Positions 38,351-52,320 of a stretch of 64,000 nt of DNA are shown here, one piece after another; positions within the stretch are counted from its first letter, which is position 1; the number at the start of each line of letters is the position of its first letter. The notes beneath the pieces are model-generated. The model saw only the letters and a list, made by a program, of their open reading frames with translations, ran no database searches and had not been told where the DNA came from. Source of the stretch: Lingula anatina (lineage: Eukaryota; Animalia; Brachiopoda). The DNA lies in the NCBI GenBank assembly GCA_051362555.1, contig CM120649.1, positions 8,122,001 to 8,186,000 of the forward strand, read 5' to 3'. A program made the translations under genes and the position numbers.

Positions 38351-41043
38351 CGTTTTGCAATTACATTGAGACCTAAGAATTACATTAAGACCTAAAAAAA
38401 TGACATTATTCGAATAACGAGGGGAAATTCTACCACAAATATTATTAAGAAGGTATCGACATAATTTGTAAAATTCGAATGCAATTGTTATAATAGATCA
38501 TTTCATCAACGACGGAATTATACAGAAAAAAACAACAACAACAAAGAATATAGGTGACAAAAGATGCGTAGAATAGGCATGCATGCGTAGAGCTGGGATG
38601 CCCATTGAGAAGGAGTGATACCCGATGTTTTAGTCACCAAAGGACTCAGAACACGAAGGTCGAGGCAGACTGCTTGGCGTGTTTGAACAAACACGGGTCT
38701 CTTTCACTGCACAATGCATGCTGATGTGAGGTTTTCTATAGGAATCGATATCTGAAGCATGGAGTTTTGAAAACATGGCTAAGAAGACACCTGGATAGCA
38801 CAATAGCTTGATTACAATAAATCGATGTCGCTAGTACAGAGATGGAAATGTAAATATAAATTAAATTGTTTTGATTGCATTTCTGGCTCTGGCATGGCCA
38901 AGGACAAAAATGATTTGTTGGATTGCTTTCTTTTTATGTTTTTGAAAATTGCTGCACTGAAGATGTATTGATATTGTGGTGTATGAAGATCTGAAGCAGA
39001 ATACAAATAAGCGGAAAACCCCGAATAGATTGTAGGTCACACGCAGGAACATTTGTGGGAGGAAAAGTGAAATAATTCAACAGAAAAATTCAATATTTTA
39101 ACCTTGATATTGATGTGCGAAATCATCTCTTTAAAAACTAACATAATTCATCCAACTCAGTGTCTCTAATATAGTGACATATTCTACTAACTCATATAGA
39201 AAATTATAACGAGAGAGGGAGAGAGAGGGAGAGAGTTATCTAATTTCTACTCCAAGGGTCTGTTTGATGTAGCACAAGTCTACTCCGTATTGCAGTATGT
39301 ACTCTAGCTATAATTATCTTGAACTATAACATTGAACTATCTATAATGCATATCAAAATGTGTACTTAATGCTGGTAAAGTTATCATTTAAATCATCGTT
39401 ATTAATAATTGACCATTCTTATATGAACAAAATGTATTAATTAAAATCTATGAAAAGAACACATTATTTGTTTGGACAGAAAGTGTCAAGTTCTGTTTGA
39501 AAATGCAGGTGTATTTAAGATGCGAAATCAGTTTAATTGTTGGGCGAGAAATTGTTTTACCCTGAAATTAACGATGTTCGCTTAATTCTACGTCAGTCTT
39601 AAGACCCGTTAATTGTTTTTTGACACAAATGACATTTAAACGGACTCTGCCTTATTAGTTGGCAAAATGCGATAATCCCACTTCCGACAGGGTTCACAAA
39701 GTTATTCTATACAGTAAAAAATGTTTATTTATTTTTCTTTTTTGTATCAGCCAAATTTACGAAGGAATATTTGTAATCAATTGTTGCTACTAATTTTTTC
39801 GCCCGTTTGATATTGTAATACTATAATACACTAGGCACATATCAACCCACAGCAGCGTGAATGGCCTGAATCCATTGTTGTTGCCGAACTGTGAGAGAAA
39901 TCTCAGCTTGCCTCGAAGACAGTACAAATCAAGTTGAACTATTTCAACTTCCCCTAAGAAAAGTGTATGTTGTCCTACAGCGTTCATACATTACTTGGTT
40001 GTCAAGAGCAACAAATAGAATGCTGGACAACGGAATGTCAGCTCGTGACGTCATCCTAGGTATCGAAGGTAGTTATCACTCCGCGCCTTATTAAATTATT
40101 TCATTTTTTCCGGTTTTCACTGAACTTCTTCCAGTAGCATTATTTTCAGGTGCCCTTTGTTACATATTATTGGGTTGCTTTTACAAAGCATGGAGAATTT
40201 CTTATTGCTAATTGCTATTGTTTCGATTAAGACAAGGTAGTATTTGTACTGAATAATTCTTAATCAATTGAAATAAGTGTCATAATGTATTGGGACTGCT
40301 AATTAGTCTTTTCTCGCTCGAGAAAAACATCCAAGTCATCCATAACGTGTATCATGTGTAGTCCCCTGGGCCAAATGTTTTAAGTATTGGCTTCAGCAGT
40401 AATTGAACGTCTGATCAGAAGACATTTCTTGTTAATAAATTATCATTTTTATTTTGGACCATGATCTTCCGTCTTCCTTTGTTTTCCAGAATCATTCTAT
40501 AGGTAAAACCCCAGTAAGAACAGACCTTCCCATTCTGAATGCTGTGTTCCCCCATCATTTTTAATATTACAGCAGTCTTAGTCACATGAAATAATTCAAG
40601 AAGAAGGAAAAAAGCCAGGCCCTTCCCTCGCGCAGTTTATGAATTGATAAACACATTACATAACAGCAGCCAACCCCCTCCCTTTCCCCACCCCCACCCC
40701 CAAATACTAGACTTTCATTTCTGTGCATAACTGATGATTACACGAAGGGGAAATTTTCGGAAACTTTCCAGACATCCCCTATTAGCCGCCCTCCAGGTAG
40801 GCTTAAGTTCCCTTAAGTTTTCTGAAGGCAAGTCACGTCCCAGGTACGTCCCAGTGACAACGTGACGCAGCGGTCCGTGACCAGGTCTGCGACTGAAACT
40901 CTACCCTGAAATCGACATCATCGTCACGTGGCATTGTCAATTTCAACCCAGATATTTTTTCTCCAATTTAATTCCTACGCAGCCACCTGAAGCTCCCCAT
41001 CGGCGGATGGAATTACGAACCGGTGTTTTCATCCATGCAATGC

Positions 41044-41045
<2 letters not shown>

Positions 41046-41084
<39 letters not shown>

Positions 41085-41097
41085 GGAGAGAGAGAGA
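41046..41097. repeat. (GA)n microsatellite
   Basis: Directly visible; further GA/CT tracts at about 46330-46364, 46673-46718, 56456-56494 and 57416-57458. Confidence 0.92.
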
Positions 41098-44000
41098 ATG
41101 AATGAATGAGTGACAAAGATTAAAAAAACAAATTTTTGCTGTTGCTTTTCAGTTACAGGTCTCGTGTCTTATAGAGAATATATAATAATTATGTGTGTGT
41201 GTTTATCAAAAGAGAGAGAGGGTATAGATGTCTTCGTGTCAGCATTATTTATTTCAAAGTTTGCAGAGGATTTCTCATTTGTCATTCACGATGTCAAAAT
41301 ATGAATATCACCAGTTCTCGATATCATCAACTCCCATAGCTTGTCTTATAAGTAATACGTTTCTGCGACGAAAATAAGTGATTCATTTTAGAACGCACCT
41401 GGCATAATTTAAATCTCATTTACAAAGTGGTAAAGCTGCTTTATGATATAGATGGTAAAAAAAATATCCAAAATCAGCACGCGCACACACGCACAAACAC
41501 GCACACACTGTAAAAAATGGGCCTGAATCGTTATCTTTAATTCACTATCTGAGCCCTAAATGTCTTACAAGGGATCTCACCAGACCGTTCAAGTATTCTC
41601 CTTGTCTATCCAAAAAAAAAAAAGCGGTGTAATATAGAACATCGCATTAAAACCCCGAATTTAAAACGTGGAGATGCCTTGCGCTCACCCCGTGACCTAA
41701 GACGACTTCAAATTATCATTTAATGCGACAGAAAAAATCCCCAACCCTAGATTCTGTCAGTTGGTCTGAATTTAATTTCAAAAGTAGCTGTCACGGGTTT
41801 GACAAGACGACTTCAACTCAGAAATACGATAAGGACGGCGACCGCGATTTGTGCTTGGTGGATTTAAAAATAACTTACGGTACTGAGATGTTAAATATCA
41901 CCAATTTAAAGTGCACAGGGATGACATTTTGAAAAGAAACTCTTCGGTGCTTTGTACTTTTTCTTGCTCAGAAAATTGGTCAGTATCAAACTGCTTGTTT
42001 TTTTTTAATTATTACTATGCTGCCATAATTTTCTATTTAGTTTTTAATTATTATTATTATTATTTGGATTGCTGAAAGCAATGTGTCCAGTAAAATATTT
42101 TATCGTTTATTTTCACGACTGAAATATATTCTTGTATTTTATTTTTAAAAAGAGGGTCATTCACAATTACGGACACCAAGATAAATTATTTCTAAAAAGT
42201 CAATTATATATACCTTAAACATAATCGTTTACTAGTTATAACATGCTCCATATCGATGCTTTTCAGCCAGTCAACATATATAGCGTCTGGCAAATAAGTC
42301 ACTGAGAGAATTGACTAGAGGCTTAAGTTCGGTCACATATGTGCAGCAGAATGCATTTTGAAAGGAATAGATACGAGGGAAAGGAGTCTCCCCTCCTTCC
42401 CAACACACAAGCACGCGCACACACATGCAAACACACGCACACATACGGACGTTTACTAAAACAGAAAAGCAGGGATGTATCACTCTTCACCACTGAAATA
42501 GACTGGCTATCTTTGACAACTTACTTCAATCAGTCTAACCGAACTTAAATAATGAACCAACTCGATCGCTAATTAATTGATCAACTTACTACTTATTTTA
42601 ACTAAATCACTAGCTAAAACATGAACTAACTAACTAACTAACAACTTGTCGCATTTGCCAGCTTGCTACTTAGCTAACCCACTACCTAACTCAGTCTTGG
42701 CGGCAGGTGCGCATAACGTTGGAAATTTTCGATTAGCCCAAAGTAAATAAAGTCAAAATTTGCACGCACTCAGTTTCGGAAACCGACTCCCAGGGAAGAA
42801 ACAGAATTGCGGGCGATTGGGTCAACATTCGGGGGATGAAGCGGGTTTTACTGCCGGTCAGGTATTGACTGAAGAGGCATCAAATTTGCATTAAGACGAA
42901 ATCTACTCTCCCTAAAGCTTTTAATGTTACGTCACCCTAAGCCGAGGGTCAATTTCATCGGGTTGACAGGCACCTTAGGTCAGCAGGTGCGTGCCGGACT
43001 CTTCGGACACTGACTGCGCGGGTGGACACAGTAATGGCCGCTCCCACGGTAGCTGCAAACTCGTTATATTTTTCTAAACTGGGCAAATTATCCTAATCTT
43101 CATTACCAGTTGTGAATAGGTTCGTTAAAACGTCCTTTTGCCCCAAGAAATAATATATCAGATTCCAATAATAGACTCATACCGACACCATTTATTCCCC
43201 CCTCGCAATCCGTGAAACGGTCCCACCCTTGCAGTTAAATCACACGAACAAAGTTAATAAAAATATAGAAAAAATGAAATGACATCACCAAAGAATGATG
43301 TCACTCTGTACACTGGACACTGGAAGTGGTTGGTTATCTCAATAAAGGACATTCTATACCAGTGGTCACTCCACGGTCATTACATTTTGCCCTGTGGACA
43401 TAGTATTAAAGCTACATAATAAACGCCGACTGACCGTCAGTGCCAGTGTAACTAAGTACAGAAAAATAAAGGACAGTATTGCATATCCCATGTCAATAAT
43501 TCATAGCAAATTACCAAACAAAATGTCTTATTTGTTTATCTCTTGCGTAAACTGTCTTTGCAATTAAGCATAACGTTTTATACTTTAATTTTTCACTAAA
43601 ATATAGTCAAGAAAACGGTTGGTTTAACCAACGATGGATGAAATAAGATATAGCCCATGATCGCCAGTAAAAAAAATATTTAAAGAAAAGATGGTTGCTA
43701 AACATTTGTTTAAGGCGGTATTCTTCCGCCAAAATATCATCTAAAAACTGTTAGGAGTTTTCCTTCATCTCAATTGAACTAAACTAACTCACCACAATGG
43801 TCTTTAATAGTCAATCTTTAAACTTTGCCTTCCTTTTCTGCAATTACGCAAACTAATTACATGTTTAATTCAATGGGTTGCATAGAAAAACTGAAATTGC
43901 CTTGAACAAACTGCCGAGCCTAGCAAGCAAGCCGTCAGCGATGCCAAAGCTTCATATAAGCGTGAAGACTATTGACTCTTGGCAAATGGTGTGATAGCTT

Positions 44001-44477
44001 CTGGATATTTGAGAGAAGGTCTCACTGCTGTTCTGACGTGTAAACAGAATGCCTGTCAACGGTGAGAAGCGAATCGAGCTGGCGGTGGCTTGCTGGAAGT
44101 TGGAGCGATAGCGTTTGTTGACTTGATGTTAGTCAGCAGTTCGCCCACAGTGTTTGCGCGCTCTATCGATTGCGCGCGCTGGTGACACACAAGATGAGAG
44201 CTCGAGCAGACGACATGACATCTCGCGAGCTACTGGTAGTCTGCACAGTGTGATGTTCTTTGCACCAAATTTGGCAGATGACACGAACAGTTTAAATGTT
44301 TGCGACATTTTTAGACATGTTTGGGAAATTTGGTTATTTTTGAAATCTTCGAAATCGTTTTATAAAGGTCACACTTGTTAGTAGGGTTATTAGAACGTAG
44401 TAACAAACAATTGCTCCGTTTTTATACCCCAATGTCAAATATCTTATTAGATAATGCCAAATGATTTAGAAACATAC

Positions 44478-44849
44478 CTTTCTCTGGACGTTGGTCAGTC
44501 TGGAGCGGCGTCTTTTCGTGGACATGTCCCTCGAAGTTTATATTCCAGAATTGGTGTAAATAAATCCTGTCAATTGAATACGAATATCCACTTCGTTTGG
44601 GGATATCATGTTGTATAATCCAAGGAGGAATGAGAATTATTAGGGCGGAGAATTTTGAAGTCGAATGGTGGCCATGTTTCGATTCATAGTCGTCTTAGGC
44701 CGAAGTGCCGCAGACTTGGGGCAGTGGAGAATGCCTCCCGAAGATGTTCCCGACAAGACAGCACCGAGGCCGTGTACTTCTTCCTTTCTCCTTTATGGCG
44801 TATTGCTAGTAGACGGATTCTCTCCCATCCCTAGTAGCGTGACCATCTG
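44478..44849 (-). ncRNA. Candidate non-coding exon upstream of SoxB1
   Basis: Acceptor TTTTCTTTCCCCAG|CAG with a TTGAC branch-like motif; donor AAG|GTATGT; stops in all three frames. Confidence 0.35.
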
Positions 44850-46329
44850 CTGGGGAAAGAAAACGTCTTTGGTCAAAATATGCGAGTTTTCAATAACCTT
44901 TATTCACCATGCTAAAAGATGCTCTGCAAAGCCAATGGCGTAATATAACAGAGGAAGAAAAGGGCTTTTCATCTTGTTAACAATATATTTTCTAGAGCGA
45001 GATAATGGTAGAAATTTCTTTTCAACCTCTTTATTGAGAGTGAATATAGATTTTCACAATATTTACAATGACTTCTTTTGGCAGCATATCGCACGAGCAC
45101 TTGCTCTTTGGGACATCACAAAGGCCGTCAATTGCTCGTGACGAAGCCAGATCTCAAAAGGCCGTGGTGAGGTTGAAAAATTAACGATCGCCACAGAATT
45201 GGAGATCGAAGAAATTATACCTAAGACTTCACAAACAAACCAAGATCATTATGTACGCTTATACAGCTCAAACTTGATTTCGATCGAGACGAGTTGTGCA
45301 AAATTTCCAAGCACTCCAGGGCTGCTTGGCTAATGGGGCATTGTATAGGAGAACCCCAATTAGCTCCGCTTACAGACAGCGGGCGGTAACGGTAGTTTAC
45401 AAAGCCCTGCCATTAACGCGGGCCTGGGCCACCTTTGAAAACAGCGGGGGGAGGGGGAATTACAACATTTTCGCCCCAAGGTGTGTAAAATATTTCTGCT
45501 GGTTACGACTCGTGGTGTGATGACCACGGTGTTGCTGATGGAGAGATCTGACCTCTCTTAACTTCATTTTTCGCTATTGTTGTCCTCCGTTTCCCACCTC
45601 TGTATGTTGAGTATTCTTCACCTTTTAAAATATTTCGAATATTTTATATGTTTTGGCGATCTTTTGGTGAATTGTGTGGAAAAAAACGATTTGTTTGTTT
45701 CTTTCTTAAAAGGAACTAAAAAGAATAAAATGTGTGAAAATCAAAAATGTAAACAAATACACCATGTTTGCAGCAGCAAGGAAAATCATATTGTTTTTCA
45801 TATTTGAAAATAACATTACATCAGCAAACCCTTTTTAATGATATTTTGCTAGAATTTATTTTGACCAAATTTTTTATTTTATGGTGAAGCACGATCAAAT
45901 TAAGTATCACCTCTTTCAGAACAAATGAGTAGCAGTGAATATACTTATCATGGTGTTAGTTCACTGTTTATCTTTAGTATAAAATTAGCTAGCCTCACTT
46001 TCACAATTCGACCAATACACAAAAAAGACAGAGGTTTTCTAACACGTATTACCAGTAAAATCAGAGCTTTAGATTTCGGGACTCTTCCTAAAGCCTCCAT
46101 TTGGGCTTGTGGAAATTATTTCAAAATAAGAAACTATAGCATAACTATTAAACATGTTTAACCTTGTTAGATTTCTGTTAGAACAAATGCAAGTATCTTC
46201 ATCATACTCGTATATAACTTCATCTGTAGTTAACAATATTTTATCATTGTGTTTTCCTCTGGCGAATGTGTTTTATAATGTAAAGGTAATTCTAAACACA
46301 GTCAGAATCTATACACCCCCCCCCCCCCC

Positions 46330-46364
<35 letters not shown>

Positions 46365-46681
46365 AGATGTAAATTTCTGTTTCCATTTGTAACTATTTTT
46401 GTTGCCATTGGTCTTTATCGCCGTAACAGCGTTTCTATGTCATTTTAATCGAGTTGCACGCGTTAACAGCACAGCTTGTTTTTAATTAAATGTAGAATGA
46501 CGAATTAATCGTCTCAGTTTTGAGGCAAAGAGTAGGTCATGTACTCTTCCGCATGCTTATCAGTATTTTCCTCCTCCTTGCCACAATACTCCAATCGCTC
46601 ATACGGTTGCTATAACAACAGGGTCAATTTGAATTTAATGCGATGAACAGTGGTTGACTTTTTAATGGGTATGAGAGAGAA

Positions 46682-46718
<37 letters not shown>

Positions 46719-47249
46719 CTAACATGAAGATATTTTTGTATTGTTCTTGATAGCCAAATAATTCTTAAACTTTGACCTGTCGGTACGAAGCCCAACAAAA
46801 AAGTGCTAATTATTCAATAACGTTTCTTGAAAAATCAATCAGGGGACTCTGTTCACACTTCCAAAGCAGTCGTAATAACTCAAGTAGATGTAGACTTAAA
46901 TCTGTATTTCTGAGCTACTAAGATGTGTCCATATGAATATGTGATATGAGATATTTCGTAGTTGTTGTTGTCGAGTTCAACCAGTACAAATAACGTTTTA
47001 ACAAAATTGGAAAATAAAATACGCCAAAAATTGAACTAAAAGTGCAGAACTTTCTCATATTATTGCCTTCTCCGAAGTCCATATTATTTTATGAAATCTA
47101 CTGTTTTCTTATTTGACGATGAACGGCAACATTACTCGCAATCAACTATATTCCTCCAATATAAGCCTCGGTAGGTTTATGTCACATCATTCGACCTTGT
47201 GTATCTTAGCAGATTTTAAATCATAGTCTAGGTTGAAGATAGGAACAAA

Positions 47250-47281
<32 letters not shown>

Positions 47282-48499
47282 ATATCTGTCCACATGTCAC
47301 TGCTATGAGATTTATTTCTTTTCCCCCTTTTCCCTTTAATTTATTAATAATTATTATTGAGCTCATTTTTTTGTAGGGAGAGGGAGGAGGGGAGTAGTAA
47401 TGTTGATCAATTGTCTGCATTGGTTATTATACATGTACATGTCGCGTCTGTAAGCGACATTTAAGATAAACCAAAACACTCTTCTTACGTTGATACAAGA
47501 GACTGTAACTCGAGATTAATACGCTTAAACAATTACAAATAAGTTCAAATCAGCAAAACAGATAGTAAGTTGGCTGCTTATTATGATAATATTTCAAGGA
47601 TCTTTAAAGTTTCCTTTCATACCAATTCTGTTCTATTAGCAAATCTTATTCTAAAATCATCTTGACTGCGTTTCCTGAACAAATGTATTCACTATTCACA
47701 AAGAATCCAACCGATGCTGAAACATTTTGATTGCCATTTTCCAAACCATCGTAATCGCTATTCACGAATTACTCATCCAATTTTAAAACATTTCATTTGC
47801 ACACACCCCTATAGGTAATCACCGCTTATTTCCCCCGCTGCCAATTTCACGACTGGGAAAGCGATAATATAGAACGTTATTATGGAAACGAATTAAGGCG
47901 GTAAAAGGGGCGGCGTTATCAAACGAGTCATCTCAGTCCCTTAATTACTGCACCTTCCAGGTAGCAAAACCTCCAACCAGCCATATGGCCAGCAAGTAAT
48001 TTCGGCCACTTAAGTGACCATAATATGACCGCTGTAGTGGTCAATTAGACAGACTTAAGGGAGTTTGACGTAAAACAGAGAAGCCGATTTTCCGACAGAT
48101 TGCACATTTCTCGGCTGAAATTGTCCCCTGGAAGATTCCCTTGCCTAATGCGAGAAAATTACAACTTTGAACCTCACAACGCGGTGGTCAGTGAGGGAAT
48201 CCGGCCAAACCGCTGACCACTGACCACCTGGCGCACTGACCCCTGGGCACCAACGTGTTCAACAGATGGGCGTGGGTGTCGGACTAAGAAATGACCAATG
48301 GGCCAAATCACTGTTATTACTGGGGAAATATTAATCTGGGGACGTGGAGCTGTTACTAGGGGGTTAACTACCTATCATAGTTAAGAACGGGTGAGGTAAC
48401 CATGTCAGCGGTACCCTGGATATAGCGGGGCGTCTCTTAATACCCTGCAGGTCCCGGGGCAGGTTGCACAACCGGACTTAAACCTGAAATATTGGTCTT

Positions 48500-48656
48500 T
48501 AAGGCCCAATTGAGAACAGAGGACTAACTAGTCCGAGGGCCAAATATGGTAATCCGCTAAAAAACACTGAATAGATATCCCGTCGGGAAGTATTCAAGTG
48601 GGTCGGCCATATTTGATCCTCGCACTAGTTAGTCCCCTATTCTGAATGGAGCCTTA
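48500..48656. mobile_element. Fold-back MITE with ~60-bp imperfect inverted arms
   Basis: Left arm TAAGGCCCAATTGAGAACAGAGGACTAACTAGTCCGAGGGCCAAATATGG versus reverse complement of right arm TAAGGCTCCATTCAGAATAGGGGACTAACTAGTGCGAGGATCAAATATGG. TAA/TTA at the ends, compatible with PIF/Harbinger or a TA-targeting element. Confidence 0.78.
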
Positions 48657-51589
48657 CTTTTAAGTCAAAAAATAGTCTTGTTTAGTTCAGGATCTATTCA
48701 AAGTAATGATTTTTAGAATAAAGTACCTATTGGTCTGAAACATTGGCCATTTTTTGCTTAAACAGGTGCAATATTTCGTATTGATTGAGTTATTACGAGT
48801 TATTACGGAATATTTCGGAATAGACCAAACTATGTAGCCAAAAGCGTTAAGAGACGTACCCCTCCGGACAGGTTTCACAAACAATTATGTCCCACATGGT
48901 ATACATGTAGATAACGAATCAGAGAGGCCACCGAAATAATGCTACAAATGGTCAATCATTGTTTATGTAAAATCATTAGTTTGTAAACCGTTCATCTTTT
49001 TAGGATGTTATCGTTTTTTTGTTCATTTTGGCTGTTATTGATATCTAAAAACCCGGAAACTTATTGGAATAACGATGCAGGTAAAGAATCGAAATATTAT
49101 TCTTCAAATGGCCGTGATCAACGCTATCAACTTTTCACATTATAAATATTCTATTTCAAGAAATCTCATTGGAGGAGAGAGGCGTACTCTTACAACAGCT
49201 TTTGGACGATTTTCTCCCTTTCTGTGCCTTAAAGAGTCATATTGTATGAAATGAAAAAAAGAGGAAAATCAGAACAAGGGATTTCTCCTCGTCTGTCAAA
49301 TAGTAATTGCATTCATTTTATCATTTATTCTCATTTAAGTCCATCTGTGAGGAATTCAAAGGTGTTATATTAAGCTGGTGGTAACATGATATTCAATTCG
49401 GTATACTCTTGTTTCACTTCCCTTCTAAATTGATGAATACTATGAGTGCGTATAAAAGCGACCGTTTAAAGAGTACGAGAATACACTGAAATAATTCTGC
49501 GGTGTGATTTCAATGTATCTAGAGGATTTATATTAAAACAAAACGCAGAAAGTGTCGGAAAGGTACCAGAAAGTAATAATTCTTGCCGTATACGTAGACA
49601 CCGCCATCTTCAGAATAAACAGAATTACTTGCTGAGGAATTAATTAAATCTTGTGGCAAAGAAAAAGGGAGGGGATTAAGGGTTTGGGTGGGGTTGGGAG
49701 GGGTCGTCGAGGACTCAGGTAGCAGTACTTGTCTTCTCATTGGTTTTGTTGACTCAAGCTCGTATTACTGAAAACTGTCCAATTTTCTACATGATATCTT
49801 TAACATGATTCACAACACAACAAAAAAGCGGAAATATCGTCACCGATCTCCGTGTCGTGACTCCTCGGGTGGGGCAGATGTTGATGGCTACATTACTCTA
49901 CTTGGATATAATAATAATAATAGTAGTAGATAAACAGGAACAAAAGGGAGAGCAATGTGTTGATATATAGATGAAAAAAAATCAAAGAAAAATCAAAAAC
50001 GAAAGTGAAAGTGGAAGACAAACACTTATCATATTTCTTTCTTCCTGCTAATTCTTTACGATCTCATGTTACTCATGATGGAGAAGCATCGGATTTGTGA
50101 GCGTTCAATTGGTGTGAATCATGTTAATTTGATCAATAATTTATTGTCAAAGATTTTTTTTCTCTCAAATCAGACACTTTACTTAGCTATAGTTGGGTCT
50201 GATGGTGAATCAGTATCTTATACCAAGAAATTCAGTACTTATAAATTCATCAATTTATTCTTTCATTTATTCATTTTCTGATTCACTTCTCTACAGAAGA
50301 CGAAGTAATAGATCTCGTATGATATTAATTCTAATACCAACACATTAAGACATTTTGCTCTTATTTTTTTCTTTCAGAAAATGGAGCAATATTGTACATT
50401 GCGGACATAAAGATCACGTCTTATCGCTTTAAGTTTCATCCAATACAAACGGACGAAATGAAACTACGCAAAGCAAGATCTGCAGCTGGCAAAATTATGC
50501 ATCTGCTTAACACATCATTGTGGCTGCTCTTAATCAAATCTTAAGGTTCCCTGCCCCCCCCCCCCCCCCCACCCACCCACCCACACCCCTCCATCACCAC
50601 AGCACGTATGTTATAATCTTTGATAGGCCTATTATTTTCATGAAATGTCCAGATCCACAACTTTTTTTTACTTCTTTTACAAAACAAATAACAATTTCAG
50701 CGGCACTGTTAGAAGTCAAGAGTGACACACAGGCCTTTGGGTCAATGAATCAGATGCTAATTTGATCACGAGAAAAACGATGTTTGTTCTGGAGAATCTG
50801 ACAGTGACACCAGGCGTGACAATGCGACCTTTTCTCGAATTGAATCATGTTGTAATTCTCGCATTTCACGTGAATCATTCAATTATCAATATTGACCCGC
50901 CAATGCCGCTGTGTACATTTCATCATGGTATCCTCCGGCGTGTTTGATCTCGGCCAGCCCCGGGCGTCTTACACGGTGACTGGACCCCAGAAAACGTCAG
51001 TCAAGAAATTGATGGTGCATGCTTTTGTCCTAAATCTTTTTTTCCACAAATTTGATTTTTATTTTCCCTTTAACTCACCTTCTATCTTGAACGTATCATT
51101 TCTGCCGTCCACACACATAGGGGTACTGTTTAATTTTGAAATAAAACCGAAAGACATCCGGACAGTGCCAGATGTGCCATATGTAAAGTAAAAGAGCCAT
51201 GACGTTGGAATTTTTACAAAGAAATATTTTACTAAAACATGGGACAACCTATAGCGTCTTGTATTCTTACCCCCCCCCCCCCCCCCGCCCGCCTCCTGTT
51301 TCCAGAATATTTCCATTTTTGTTAACAATTTTGTACAATTTTTTGATGATTTGTCTATGTTTCCATTTATATTTCCCTTTTCCATGTTCCAGCTTTGCAT
51401 TTATTACTTTCGTCATTGAGTTTTGTCTTTTCGTTATAAAACCGTTTTCATTCACTGATATAATTCTTTCTCGTCCATGTAAACTGATTCAGTGGGTAAA
51501 TACATTGTGGTATGTAATAAGTATTAATCACTTACATCCACAACGCTATAAACTAGCATCTGAGTTACCCTGCAGCTAATTCTTTCAGA

Positions 51590-52320
51590 CATGTTCAGAA
51601 ATTCGGTAACTGGTGCATCGGTTTCTAGCTCTAATCTCTCCTCTACTACACTCTATCCTGCTTCTGGTAACTCAATACCCGCCATTCTCCCTATTACAGT
51701 ACAATTAATATCGATCTCAACATAATCTGCCTTTTGTATCTACTCCAGTTGTTTCTCTTCATTCATCCCTTCAAACATATACCACATTCCTTCCTTCCAT
51801 GCCGCAATACTAATACAATACTGGTTAACAGCTTTCCAAGTTTCCAAATGTTAGTCATTTAAATGTTATTATAATCAAAATATAGAAGGAATCTACAGTC
51901 AGAACTAGGTAAAATATTTAATAATTAGAAAACTTATCACCATTTTCACACGGATCAATACGTTTTTGTTTTTTCCCCTATTTCTAACGTTCTCAAAATT
52001 ATAATTATCTCACAAATTTGCTCTGTTTACCCGTGCCACAACTCTCCAGGAAATTAATGTAATAAATATATTCTTTCCAAAATTCAGAATCAATGCACAT
52101 ACAGTATCATATAATATTCACTTTATTCTGATTATTCCTAAAAATTCCATCACTCTCTTCTTCTCCCTATTTCCAGGTCGTAAAATATCGGGACAACAAA
52201 CAGTCAAAAATAACAAAAAATTGGAGCGCATGTTACCTTGCAAATATTTAACTTCATCTCTTCATTCTTCCCTAACAACTCGCCCGCTCCCTCCTTCACT
52301 TCGATCTATTCTTATAACAT
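51590..52320 (-). mobile_element. Heavily decayed LINE (non-LTR retrotransposon) ORF2 fragment
   Basis: G-poor + strand. Manual minus-strand translation of 51850-51600 gives HLETWKAV...EEKQLE*IQK...EAG*SVVEERL, resembling the post-RT LExIQ...GWxSxxER pattern of LINE ORF2; the stop in G*S is TAG, one step from TGG. Faint LLF(ADD)/KVN-like remnants at about 52100-52220. Confidence 0.5.

Noticed and set aside
49667-49703. G-quadruplex-capable G-run tracts (also near 58497, 58686 and 60427)
   Set aside because: Poly-G low-complexity runs are common throughout the window, with no positional link to the gene.
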